The position numbers and the translations under genes are program-made. From positions 29,388,001 through 29,452,000 of the forward strand of contig NC_043017.1 in the NCBI RefSeq assembly GCF_006345805.1: a DNA stretch of 64,000 nt, in the 5' to 3' direction. Position 1 is the first letter of the stretch. Each line of letters starts with the position of its first letter. Origin of the DNA: Octopus sinensis (lineage: Eukaryota). Positions 24,143 through 36,625 of the stretch are shown here, one piece after another. The notes below the pieces were generated by a model. The model was not told the DNA's origin. It saw nothing but the letters and a program-made list of their open reading frames with translations, and made no database searches.

Positions 24143-24520
24143 CGTTTATATATTTGTTTTGCAAGATTTTTGATGTGAAATTGTGTGTTGAAATAGATAT
24201 TGTTGTATTTGGGAATGGTCATGTTGCCAGTTTAGCCAATAAAAACACAGGCACTATATATTTCGTGTTACTTTGCTTCAGCGTTATTCATCTTTTTACA
24301 TAATCTTAATCGTCTTCGGCCAGAGTTCTTTCAAATAAAGAAGAAAGCAAAGGACCACTGATGAGGTCACAGGAGTGTGACGAAAGAACTCTGGCCGAAA
24401 TATGATTAAGATTAATGTAAAAAATGAATAACGCTGAAGCAAAGTAACACCAAATATATAGTGCGTGTGTTTTTATTGACTAAACTGGCAATATGACCAT
24501 TCATAAATACAACATAATAT
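24140..24520. mobile_element. Family D-related fold-back element in (TA)n with central hammerhead motif
   Basis: Arms 24197-24332 and 24382-24520; outer left arm resembles family D. Confidence 0.85.
24352..24396 (+). ncRNA. Minimal type I hammerhead motif
   Basis: GG(A)CCA-CTGATGA-G-GTCAC(AGGAGT)GTGAC-GAAA-GAAC-TC-TGGCC. Confidence 0.6.
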
Positions 24521-24530
24521 TATATATATA

Positions 24531-24578
<48 letters not shown>

Positions 24579-24769
24579 TCAGTGAATAGCTTTAAAATCT
24601 AAATCACTACGCTTCGTCCTCATTAACAATTAGTGGTGTACGTCGGGCATAATGCTTAGCAGTATTTCGTCCGTCTTTACGTTCTGAGATTAAATGCTGC
24701 CGAGGTCGACTTTGTTTCATCCTTTAGAGATCGATAAAATAAGTGACAGTTGAGCACTGGAAGCAATTT

Positions 24770-24869
24770 NNNNNNNNNNNNNNNNNNNNNNNNNNNNNNN
24801 NNNNNNNNNNNNNNNNNNNNNNNNNNNNNNNNNNNNNNNNNNNNNNNNNNNNNNNNNNNNNNNNNNNNN
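24770..24869. other. Assembly gap (100 N)
   Basis: N run. Confidence 1.
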
Positions 24870-24978
24870 GGCCCGGGGCTATAGCAGAAGATACTTGCCT
24901 AAGATGCCACGCAGTGGGACTGAACCCGGAACCATGTGGTTGGTTAGCAAGCTACTTACCACACAGCCACTCTTGCGC
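24870..24978 (-). mobile_element. SINE family A head cut by the gap
   Basis: GCCCGGGGCTATAGCAGAAG...CACAGCCACTCTTGCGCC. Confidence 0.88.
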
Positions 24979-24982
24979 CATG

Positions 24983-25036
<54 letters not shown>

Positions 25037-25439
25037 CATTAGAGAGAGGGAGAGAGAAAGAAAGAGAAAGGAAGTCTCACGAAATTATTCGCGTGCATAT
25101 ATCACGCCTCCAAGCGATACACTTGGTCATGTTAGTTCTATTTCCTACATCTCATTTCTTCTTCTTCTTCTTCCAAAATGCTGTTTATCCTCTTATTGGC
25201 CTCGAGAAACCGCCAGTACTTCAAGAGTCAGTAATGTGGAACGTTGTCGTAAGCGTTCTTGTAGACTATGCGTCCAACAATTTAACACTTCTTTCTCACT
25301 TGTACCTCATTTCGAAAGACAAAGATGATAAGACGCGGAATACCACCACAGCATAATAGTGGTGACAAGAATATTAGTGCCGACAATAACATACAAGTGG
25401 ACGAGGATCCACATTATAACCTAAACTATACCAGTTAAC

Positions 25440-25865
25440 GATTGGTTGGTTGGCATCCTTTTTGTCTCGGGAGACAATGGAGGTGCGCATAAAGTAGTCT
25501 AGTCCAGCTTTTACATTTCATGTCCTGATACATTTCCTGCTGTGGCTGTGTAGTCCTATCCTGGACAAACACTCCCTCTGGCAGGTACCGCAAATGTAGC
25601 GAAGACTGTTCCTGGCTGGTTGTAATGCCATAGTTTCTTGTTGACATCTTTTCTTGTCTTTCCACTTTCTCCTCCTCTCTTTCTGTCACTCCTTGTATTC
25701 CCTCTTTACGGTACGTCGCCAGTCTCACGGTTGCCGGCATCTGCCTCCAACCGCTAATATTGATGTTGCAGGCCTTCATGTCCCTTTTGCAAACATCCTT
25801 TGTAACGTAAGAACGGTCTACCCACAGACCTAGTACCCCTAGCAAGCTCTCCGTAGATATATTTA
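25440..25865 (-). mobile_element. 5'-truncated BovB-type RTE LINE 3' end
   Basis: YGELARGTRSVGRPFLRY / KDVCKRDMKACNI, C-terminal ICGTCQRECLSRIGLHSHSRKC zinc motif, tail CCATTGTCTCCCGAGACAAAAGGATGCC(AACC)n. Confidence 0.9.
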
Positions 25866-26502
25866 GCTGTGCACAACAAAAAGCCAATTGTAATTCTTAT
25901 CCAGTGCAATCTGGATTTAAACTCACCGACTTTATAAGCGTTACTTAACATTACTTAAATCCAAATATTTCAAATTTCAAGAGAACAGATTGCCGTTACA
26001 TAAATAAAACATTTGGCAAGAATCGATTATAAATGAGTTCTGCTAGAAGCATTAACTTTATCACCTCGATTCAACATTTATTATGAAATAAACTGGCCAT
26101 ATACATATACGAGATTAAAATATAAGAAAAATGCATTTATTCTGAAACGAGAAATAAATTCACGAATAAGAAATAATAGTGGTTATAATAAAAGACGGAA
26201 CATAAAAGAATCTTGTGGATTTATATTAACGTCAGGTAGAATTTTTTTCCATTTTCTACTCAAACTGGCACTTCCTTCTTTACATTCTTTGACTTGTTCA
26301 GAAGGAAAACCTACATATGAACATATTGAAGTAATGAAAAGACACTTAACGGAGAAATTGCACACACGTATCTCTCTCACTATAATATAATATATATATA
26401 TATGTATATATATATATACTCACACACATATATATACACATATATATATATAATATACTCACACACATATATATATATACACATATATATATATACTCAC
26501 AC

Positions 26503-26537
<35 letters not shown>

Positions 26538-26745
26538 TAATACTCACACACTATATATATATATACACATATATATCTACTCACACAAATATATATATAT
26601 ATACACATATATATATTACTCACACTATATATAATATATATACACTATATATATATATATATATACTCACACGCACACACACATATATATATATACTCAC
26701 ACACATATATATATACATATATATATACACATATATATATATACT

Positions 26746-26793
<48 letters not shown>

Positions 26794-27549
26794 TCTGTAT
26801 GCATACACATACGTATATGTATGCATATACATACGTAAATATATATATGTATATATATACATGCATATGTGTACATAGACACGCATGTATATCATGGGAG
26901 AAGGCAAAATGAAAGGAGTGAAAGGAGAATAGAGAAAGAATGAAAGAAATGAGAGAGAAAGAGAGAGGGGGAGATGGAGAAGAGCGGAGGGGGGAGAGGG
27001 GGGAATAGAGAAACCAAACAAATATTAAGAAATGTTTATCTGATGTTTCCTGAAATGAAGACTGTTAATAAATACCGAAAGAAAAATTTTAAAAAAAATC
27101 ACTAAGAAAATATAGCAAATCAGCCACCATTTTAAAAAACAAAAAAATATACATGCAGCGTATTATTTATCTTTAATTCTTCTCAATAAGTGTAAGAAGT
27201 AGTGATTTTGTTTTCCAAGAACACCTGAGATGCTTCTAGAATAATAATAATAATAATAAAAAAACGCGTACAAAACGTTATTACGAATATTTGACAAAAT
27301 GTACGGGTACAATAATCCTTACATGAATATTTATATTAAGAAAAATTTATCATAGGTAGCTATAATTTTACTGACGTGTGGATCTCATATTTCTATTGCC
27401 ATATAAAAAAAAAACCAGGTTTTTATTTCGGAGTTAGTTTTTATAACCATTGTTTGCGTTGTTGATAATTATTCAATGGTTGAATATTTAAAGAAAACGC
27501 TTCGTAACAAAGTGTATATTCGTGTTCAATACCATTTAAGAGCAATTTA

Positions 27550-27972
27550 GGATCTTTTCGGTTTGAACGGCAGTTTTTTCTAGCGGTGTCATATGAAATT
27601 GTCACCCATAATTATGACCCTAGTATCGATCTCTTGCATTTTAATCTATTTTACGGTTAGGGTTAGTTAGGGTTAGGGATGGGGGAAGGGTATCTTTTTT
27701 TCTTCACGAATGTAAATAAACCCAATCTGTTTCTTAAACGAGGGACATATTCATACGGCACAGAATGTTTTCACCTCAATAGCCGCCATTGATTGGTTGA
27801 AATTGCTGAAATTGAAGAAAAAGACAACAAATATCTTACAAACTATCGAATTTTCTCAATAATGCCAAGAGAAAAAGATGTTTTATAAACACATCTACCA
27901 GTATACGAAGTTTAAAATGTTTTAGTTACCTAGAAATTATGTTAAAAACTGCCGTTCAAATCAAAGAGATCC
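27550..27972. mobile_element. MITE with GGATC TIRs and perfect 8-bp TSD (Merlin-like ends)
   Basis: TSD GCAATTTA at 27542-27549 and 27973-27980; internal TTAGGG repeats at about 27657-27678. Confidence 0.85.
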
Positions 27973-28192
27973 GCAATTTAACCATATGTCTATCGTAATT
28001 TCCGGCAAACCAAATTTTGTAATTCATGTAATATATGACTATATACATATGTGAAACGATTAGCCTCGAAAATGTTGAGGAAGTTAATAGGCGCCCTACG
28101 GAAACGTTAGACTAAATAAAGAAGCTATACAAAACCATATGGTTGACTTTACACATAAAGAACCTAGTAAGAAAGAAACCCATATATATTAT

Positions 28193-28343
28193 AGGTGCAG
28201 GAGTAGCTGTGTGGTAAGTAGCTTGCTTACCAACCACATGGCTTCGGGTTCAGTGTCACTGTGTGGGACCATACTATAGCCTCAGGCCGACGAAAACCTT
28301 GTGAGTGGATTTGGTAGACGGAAACTGAAAGAAGTCCGTCGTG

Positions 28344-28379
<36 letters not shown>

Positions 28380-28569
28380 GTGTGTGTGTTTGTTCCCCTA
28401 ACATCGCATGACAACCGATGCTGGTGTGTTTACATTCCCGCAACTTAGCGGTTCAGCAAAAGTATTAGGCTTACAAAGAATAAATCCTGGGGTCGATTTG
28501 CTCGACTAAAGGCGGTGCTCCAGCATGGCCGCAGTCAAATGACTGAAACAAATAAAAGAGTAAAAGAGA
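28193..28569 (+). mobile_element. SINE family A
   Basis: Head AGGTGCAGGAGTAGCTGTGTGG to tail. Confidence 0.9.
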
Positions 28570-28571
28570 TT

Positions 28572-29222
28572 GGTTTAAATTTTGGCACAATGCCAGCAAT
28601 GTTAGGGGAAAGGTAAGTCGATTATATCGACCTAAGTGTTCAAATGGTACTTATTTAGAAAGATATAAATCAAAGTCGATCTCGGTGAAATTTGAACTCA
28701 GACCGTAAAGAGGGAAGAAAATCTGCGAAACATTTTTCTCCGGCGTGCTAAAGTTTCTGCTAGTTCGCCGCTTTAGTAACACATCTAGATATTAGGTTCA
28801 AATCTTAGCACAAGGCCAGTAGGATTCAATGAGGGGCGAAGTCGATAACACCGATCCCAGTGTTAAACTGGTACTTAATTTACCGACTTCGACAGGATGA
28901 AATGCAAAATCGGCCTCGGCGGAATTTCAACTCCGTAAAGAATTTTACCCGACATAATAAGAATTCTGCCAGCTCATCGCTTTAATAACTATTTCTTTAC
29001 TGCCCACAAAGGGCTAAACATAGAGGGGACAAACAAGGACAGACATAGGTATTAAGTCGATTACATCGACCCCAGTGCGTAACTGGTACTTAATTTATCG
29101 ACCCCGAAAGGATGAAAGGTAAAGTCGACCTCGGCGGAATTTGAACTCACAACGTAACGGCAGACGAAATACCGCTAAGCATTTCCCCCGGCGTGCTAAC
29201 GTTTCTGCCAGCTCGCAACCGC
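28572..29222 (-). mobile_element. Cluster of three SINE family B-type copies (two old, one young at 28989-29222)
   Basis: Repeated AAAGTCGA(C/T)CTCGG...GAATTTGAACTC motifs. Confidence 0.8.
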
Positions 29223-29725
29223 TTTAATAACACGTATAAATATTGAAATACAAGTTTTATCTCAGAAAATAGTTTAACAGAAACAATCTATTGACTAGTA
29301 AATGTGAATATAATAAAATCAGCGAACTTGGTTAATGTAAACAACTGTCCTAGCTACACAAGGAGAAAACGCTATAAGAGAGAATAAGTAAATACGACCA
29401 TTCCCTGCAAATATGTTTGATCACATGAATATAGTACCGGAATATCAACTGACTAAATACTCTAATCTACTCAATGGCTGAGAAACTGTCTGTTTGTCTA
29501 TCTTCAGCTATCCACAAAACCAAAATGTGGAAAGAAAATATGCTACTTTGAAATTATTATTATTTCTGAGAAGCCTTTGCACCAGCAGATGTCGTACCAA
29601 CACTTTACCAAAACGCCCCATCCAATGACGATTTTCCCGAAACGCTGTGTTACAGAGGATGAAAAGGACCAATACAAGTTGCCGAGTGGTGTTATAAGAT
29701 TTATATACACTCACATCATCATCAC

Positions 29726-29768
<43 letters not shown>

Positions 29769-30024
29769 TCCTTCTTTCTTCAAATTTTCTTCCGTTTCTC
29801 GCCGAGTGTTTTCCATACACCTAGGGCAAATCAGGGCATTGTATGCATTCCCAGATTACACGCGCAAATTCACAGAAAAAAGATGTATTTAAAAATTAAT
29901 GAATAAATAAATTCATGGATGGATGTTATTTTCACAACGATAGTGCTCTTCTCAGTACATGAGCCGTTCCAGTTAATACGATTTTTTGCACTTCCTGGAA
30001 TCATTTTCAAATAGGTTTCAGTAG

Positions 30025-30535
30025 CATTATTATTATTATTATTATTCAGCGCATGCCATCAAATTGACGCGGGGGTACAAATATAAGAAACCCAATATAC
30101 ACATCGTGACAGCCCATCAAATAATGGCACACCAGGTACATGCATCACAGCCCATATGTACAAGAAATGGTAATTTCATATCAAGACAAACAGCGCATGA
30201 CCTTGCAAGTAGCTAATCTCACTCAAAAGATCCTTGAATAAGAGGTTGGTTTAAGCAAGATGAAATAAATATTCATGTTTCCAGGGGTTAATAATTCAAA
30301 CCTCAAAACAATCCTCTCAACACTTGGTTATGATGCTCCCCACTACTCCTGCTCAGAGATGTACACATCGCCAGCCACTCAGGGAATGATCAACTGGTGA
30401 AGATCAAGAAACAGACAAGCAAATCTGTGGTACTGAGCAGAATATTTGCTGTAGCCCATCTTTTTACACCACACCAAAACATGTACAAGATAAAACTTCC
30501 AATCAGTTAAGATCAGAAGCCATGAAAGCCACTGA
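30025..30535 (-). mobile_element. SINE-like interspersed repeat with (TAA)n 3' tail
   Basis: (TAA)n tail next to ...GATGGCATGCGCTG; body resembles a common octopod repeat (from recall only). Confidence 0.6.
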
Positions 30536-31790
30536 GAGTATTGTTAATATTATAGTATCATTATCGAAATCGGGGCAGCGTAACTGCAAAACACGTATGT
30601 TTAGATATATCAGCTTTTTCATTGAAACTGATGAAGCTGATACAGTAAATTATAACTTGTGAAAGTAAGAAAATTGCCTCATCTTCATTGTTATTTCTAA
30701 CACCATTGGAATATCCATTCCAATCGGTTCAGGCCCAGTAAATATGTATGGAAAACATGAAGATGGATCGATGTAATTCACATTATAACTTTTCTTCCAA
30801 AAACAGAGAAAAATAAGAAAGTTTTCTTGTTATTCTTGTCCATTGTTATTGAATGGTTATTGAATGGTTAAAGAACACTATTCTTTTCTTAAATTACAAG
30901 GAATATTATATCTCTAGAAAATATCCTTTCAAATATCGAAGGTTAATTGGTTTGAAATAATTCTCTAACAATACATACAATTCTTAACTACTCCTACTTT
31001 CTTCGAACGTGCCGTCTCTAAATGTTTAAGCAACCTTTCGATGTCCTTACGTAAAAGGATTCTATACAATACGAAGTTTACTAACTATGCAGAATATTGG
31101 AGATTTTAGCGTTACTTCTCTTTTTTCTTTATTGTAATTCTTATTATTAATCAGCATACTTTTCAACACAATTACTGTTTTACGTGTGTTCTTATATTAA
31201 TTTCCACGTTAAGATTGTTATTCCCAAAGTATTTAGTTAAAAAATTTTAAATGCACAATTCTACCAATAAATTACTGCACGTAAGTTAGTTATAAACTGT
31301 GATCCCTAATAGGAAAAATTCTCATAAAGAGCAATCAGTTAAATGAACTGACAACGGTCCGTGTTTCCATTTCGTGAGATCAGAGCAATTTCCTTTCGTT
31401 TAATCACGCAACGCTTTCAGTTTATTCCCGAGATATACTTAGCCAGATTTGTTATGTATATCTAAGAAATGCTACGTAGTTTCCGCTGGCAGTCAGCAGT
31501 CTTGAAAGGGATACAATCGATCGGTTTTGTTTGCTGTAGATGCATCGCATGTCGACAAAGACCGTTGAGTGTTCCAACGATAGATTAATGTTTACGACGC
31601 ACAACGTAGCAACATCCTGAGCCAGCCTGTTCTCTGTCATTCTCTCGAATATCCTTTCTGTCAGTCATTCTTTTACCCTTGCTTTCATATTAGCATGTGT
31701 CCGTTATCTAAATGAATGTAAATATCCCCCCCCCCACACACACGCACAGAGGTATGTTGATGCAAACAGGAAAAATAGAACTCAAACTAT

Positions 31791-31934
31791 GAGTATATTT
31801 CTATTAATATTTAGCAGAAATAACAGAGTAACTCAAGATCCTACAGTTACGTGTGTTGATAAGTCAAAACGCACGAAACTCTAGGATCTTGAGTCACTAT
31901 GTTACTTCTGCTAAATATTAATAGAAATATACTC
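31791..31934. repeat. Small fold-back element (about 53-bp arms, 38-nt spacer)
   Basis: GAGTATATTTCTATTAATATTTAGCAGAA...AAGATCCTA and its reverse complement. Confidence 0.85.
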
Positions 31935-31984
31935 TTTGACTTATTCTTTGTAAGCCCGATACCTATTCTGTCGGTAATTTCTGC

Positions 31985-32229
31985 CGAACCGTATAGGTTC
32001 CCCACCTGGACGGCACGCCGGTCCGTCGCAGGTGAGCTGCAAGATGCAGGAGGAAAGAGTGAGAGAAGGTTGTTGCGAAAGAGTCAGCAGAAGTTCGCCG
32101 TTACCTTCTGCCGGAGCCGAGTGGAGCTTAGGTGCTTCGCTCATAAACACACACATCACCCGGTCTGAGATTCGAACCCGCGAGCCCTCGACCGCGAGTC
32201 CGCTGCGCTAACCACTAGCCACGTGCCTC
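31985..32229 (-). mobile_element. tRNA-derived SINE with V-domain-like segment
   Basis: GAGGCACGTGGCTAGTGGTTAGCGC...GGGTTCGAATCTC; CCTGCGACGGACCGGCGTGCCGTCCAGG. Confidence 0.8.
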
Positions 32230-32256
32230 AACGTGTGTAAATGTGTGTGTGTCTAT

Positions 32257-32665
32257 GCGCAGGCGTGGCTCTCTAGTAAGAAGCGTGATTCCCACTCAAA
32301 TGATCCCGGGCTTAGTCCTACTGCGTGGCACCTTGGGCACATGTCTTCTACTATAACCTCAGGCCGACCAAAGCCATGTGAGTGGATTTAGTAGACGGAG
32401 ACTGAAAGAAGCCCGTCATATATATATATGTTTCTAAGTGTGTATCTTTCTATCTGTTTGTCTCCTCCCCCACCATAACAGCTTGACAACCGGTGTTGGT
32501 GTATTGATATTCCCGTAACTTCGTGGTTCCGCAAAAGGGATCAATAGAATAAGTACGAGACTTAAAAGTAAATTCTTGGGTCGTTTCGTTAGACTAAAAC
32601 CCTTCAAGACGGTGCTGCAGCATGGCCGCAGTTAAATGACTGAAACAAATAAAAGAATTAAAAAA
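32257..32665 (+). mobile_element. Older SINE family A copy
   Basis: Diverged head, body and tail. Confidence 0.82.
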
Positions 32666-32839
32666 ACTATATATATATACGCAGGAGTGGCTGTGTGGTA
32701 AGTAGCTTGCTTACCAACCACATTGTTCCGGGTTCATTCCCACTCCGTGGCACCTTGGGTATGTGTCTTCTAGTATAGCCTCGGGCCGACAAAAGCCTTG
32801 TGAGTGGATTTAGTAGATGGAAACTGAAAGAAGCCTGTA

Positions 32840-32878
<39 letters not shown>

Positions 32879-32929
32879 TGAAGGGAAGAAATGGAGCTGA
32901 ACGAAGATTCTACAAAATTCCTTTTTATT

Positions 32930-33015
32930 ATTTTCTACACATGTTTCAAAGGCTGCAAATTCTCAAATTCGGATTGAATAAGGAGACCATTTTGCAGCCT
33001 TCTCTTCAGGAAAAT
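32930..33015 (-). ncRNA. Mirror copy of the type I hammerhead
   Basis: Exact reverse complement of 33138-33223. Confidence 0.8.
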
Positions 33016-33137
33016 CCAGGAATTTAAATCTCCAAACAAATGCGCAGCAAGCTTTTCGAACAAAACGCTATGGGCTCCTAGGGAGCGTTTTGTTCGAAAA
33101 GCTTGCTGCGCATTTGTTTGGAGATTTAAATTCCTGG

Positions 33138-33223
33138 ATTTTCCTGAAGAGAAGGCTGCAAAATGGTCTCCTTATTCAATCCGAATTTGAGAATTTGCAG
33201 CCTTTGAAACATGTGTAGAAAAT
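33138..33223 (+). ncRNA. Type I hammerhead ribozyme, near-canonical
   Basis: Helix I ATTTTC/GAAAAT; core CTGAAGA; helix II GAAGGCTGC/GCAGCCTTT; GAAA; helix III ACA-TG-TGT; GUA cleavage after 33217. Confidence 0.8.
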
Positions 33224-34523
33224 AATAAAAAGGAATTTTGTAGAATCTTCGTTCAGCTCCATTTCTTCCCTTCACTAAATATATAAAACTTCAATTATCC
33301 GCGCTAAGGCACGGTGGCGACACCCCATGGTCGTAACCTCAACCGTGTTTTTTCTGTTGTGATTTTTGCTACCCAGGTATCGGTTGAATTTTGAATAATC
33401 CGTAACAAGATAATTCATTTATCCATTTCAATAAAAAAAAAATATATATATATGAGTGTGTGTGTGTATGTGTGTTTGTGTGTGTGTGTTTGTCCCCCCA
33501 ACATCGCTTGACAACCGATGGTGGTATGTTTACGTCGCCGTAACTTAGCGGCTCGGCAAAAGATGCCGATAGAATAAGTACTAGGCTTCCCAAGAATAAG
33601 TCCTGGCGTCGATTTTCTCGACTAAAGGCGGTGCTCCAATATGACCACTGAGAAATGACTGAATCAAGTAAAAGAGTAAAAGAATATACTAAGAAATACA
33701 AACACGAATACAGCTTTACTATCGTACATATCACAGTTGTCATGAAGAATGTTATGTATGTTATTATCTCAGTTTCCCCCTCATTTTCCTGCTCATCATT
33801 ATCATCATTACCATCATCAACTGCGGCACTCTCGACACCATCATCTGTAAAACCATTGTCTGCAGCAGTTTTACTTTTATAACGATAAACCGTTCGTAAG
33901 TAAATATTTTATTTGAGCGGCTCAGTATATCAATAAGTAGACCTATATCGCTATATCGCCTGGTATTAGTAGTGACACAGTGGATTTTAGCCTAAGAAAG
34001 CTTCAATTTAGTATTCACGTAATGTTGTTTCTGTCTTCTTTGCCGTCACCTTCTAGCCTGTTTCACCTCCATCTCTTGTTGCTACACTCACCTCTTATTT
34101 CATAGCTGATAGATGTCTCTCAAAGCTAAAGACTCTATCACCAACATCACGCTCACTATGTACTTAAATCGAGACTATCAATGAGAACGAATTTGCTGCG
34201 GTGTCTGCTTATTTGGGATACGTTTTAATGTCACAACTATGAACATAAAAAAAAACAACAACCAAAAGATAAAAGGACGAAACCTCTATAAATAAATATT
34301 ACACACACACACACACACACACACGCCCATTAAATATATATACGGTTGCAGCTGTATCTGCGTTTATGTGTGAGTGCTTCTAATTGTGCGTCAAAAAAAA
34401 AACACAGACACCAACTATTACGAACAGGCATTGGAAGTAACATTATAAAAATCTCGCAAATGATTTATTTGTCCATTACTGTTCAACGTTTTTACATTCA
34501 CAATGCACCCGAAATACACACAC

Positions 34524-34563
<40 letters not shown>

Positions 34564-34753
34564 ATAGAACAATATACATACACACAGACACACACACATA
34601 TATATATATATACGCACACACAGACACACACACACACATATATATACACATATAGCTATATATATATATATAAACATAGAACAATATACACACACATATA
34701 TATATATACATACACACAGACACACACACATATATATATATATACACATATAG

Positions 34754-34788
<35 letters not shown>

Positions 34789-34932
34789 CACATATCTATA
34801 GAATATATAGATACACAAATATATATATGTGTATGTATATATATATATATATATGCATAAATTTATATACATATATCCATAAATATATATGCATATATAC
34901 TTACGCACATATACATACATACACACACACAC

Positions 34933-34972
<40 letters not shown>

Positions 34973-35736
34973 GTGTTGGATTGTTGGTATGGCTGTTGTA
35001 TGTGCAGAATAGTTTTACAACACATGTATTCGATATATATATATATATATATATTCACATACATACACACCAGTATATACATATATATATAGATACACAA
35101 ACACACACACACACATGCATATCTGCTTGGGCATGTATTCATTTATTAGTCAACTCGTCTACGTATGTACGTGTACAAATACGTACGTAGCAGTCTAATT
35201 TTGTGAAAGCTGTCAGTTCCATCATTTATGAAGCATCACAAACTTTACAAATGTTGAAAACGTTTGCCCCTGCTAAATGCAATGTAAATTTACATACCTT
35301 AAAATGAAGAAAAACAACAAACAGCCTTTGAATTTGTCGAATCGTGTTTGACATGCTTACCCAATTTAGCTTAAACTTTACATTACATGAATATGAAATT
35401 CTAAACGTATAATATGTTAGAAAGGGACGGTACGTGGAATACTTTAGCTTTCATTTTATAGTAAATAAAATGTTATTTCAAAGTTACTCATGTCTGGTTC
35501 GATGAGCAGACGATTTATCCGAACGTTCGCTAATTCGATGACGATTTGTGCTCCGAAGCTTATTTTATGATGTACGCTGGCCGTTGCGTGATCGTTATAT
35601 ATTTCGTTCCAAGAGGTCCAGTCTATATTTCGGAGCATGAATCCTAGGCATGATAAGAATTTGAACATTAATTGACCCAGCTACTTAGGCAATTACAAAT
35701 AAGTATAAGACGAAATATAAATCGCATTACGCATTA

Positions 35737-35773
<37 letters not shown>

Positions 35774-35824
35774 ACACCTACATCACTGTTTGTTTCTCTC
35801 TCTCTCTTTCTCTCTCTCTACATA

Positions 35825-35855
<31 letters not shown>

Positions 35856-35915
35856 TACATCACTGTGTTTCTCTCTCTCTCTACATAATATATGTATATA
35901 TATATATATATATAT

Positions 35916-36290
35916 ACTTTTACTCTTTTACTTGGTTCAGTTATTTGACTGTGGCCATGCTGGAGCACCGCCTTTAGTCGAACAAATCGACCTCAGGACT
36001 TATTCTTTGTGAGCCTAGTACTTAATCTATCGGTCTCTTGTGCCGAACCGCTAAGTTACGGTGACGTAAACACACCAGCATCGGTTGTCAAGCGATGTTG
36101 AGGAGACAAACACAGACACACACACACATATACATATACACGACGGGCTTCTTTCAGTTTCCGTCTATCAAATCCACTCACAAGGCTTTGGTCGGCCCGA
36201 GGCTATAGCAGAAGACACTTGCCCAAGGTGCCACGCAGTGGGACTGAACCCGGAACCATGTGGCTGGTAAACAAGCTACTTACCACACAG
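35916..36290 (-). mobile_element. SINE family A (extreme 5' end missing)
   Basis: Tail, body and most of the head. Confidence 0.9.
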
Positions 36291-36451
36291 CTTACCATGC
36301 TATTTCTAGCATGGTGATATCTCTTAGATACCCTTAATTATAATTTTAATAATAATTATTACCTCTTGAGGTTTTTTATTCCCGTGCTGGCCACCTGATA
36401 AGATCGGTATCTTAAACAACGATCTTGTCTTTATATATATATATATATATA

Positions 36452-36625
36452 GGGAGAGTTTACAAAAGACGAAGACAGGTGGTGTACAAAACAAACATAT
36501 GTATTAGTATAACGCTGAGGAATAGAAAAATCTTTTACGTTTCAAGCCTACGCTCTTCTACAGAAAGGGACAGAGAAAAAACAAGGAGAGAAAAAATGTG
36601 TGTAGTGGCTAACGATCTATCATGG
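36452..36625 (-). mobile_element. Family C (TA)n-embedded element with hammerhead-like motif
   Basis: Homologous to 41777-41979 and 63858-64000; reverse complement CTTT-CTGTAGAA-GAGC-GTAG-GCTT-GAAACGT-A-AAAG. Confidence 0.8.

Larger units (their letters stand above)
32879..33274. repeat. Perfect palindrome, 191-bp arms, 14-nt spacer
   Basis: Arms 32879-33069 and 33084-33274 are exact reverse complements by manual comparison. Confidence 0.95.
32680..33690 (+). mobile_element. SINE family A split by an approximately 560-bp insertion in its (TA)n
   Basis: Head and body at 32680-32840, remainder at 33440-33690. Confidence 0.88.

Noticed and set aside
27657-27678. TTAGGG repeats as an interstitial telomere
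   Set aside because: Only about 3 units, internal to a MITE and present in both copies.
30621-30665. CTGATGAAG motif
   Set aside because: No helix II leading into GAAA and no helix I.
33300-33350. CACGG...ACC-CCAT-GGT-CGTAAC...CCGTG as a hammerhead
   Set aside because: Core and GAAA both mutated; too degenerate to support from one copy.
33772-33895. Plus-strand exon ending at C|GTAAGT
   Set aside because: Content is largely (ATC)n-derived low complexity.
35488-35643. 156-nt minus-strand exon candidate (FMLRNIDWTSW...)
   Set aside because: Moderate splice sites, no recognisable protein, and joining to the 47942 exon creates a TGA.
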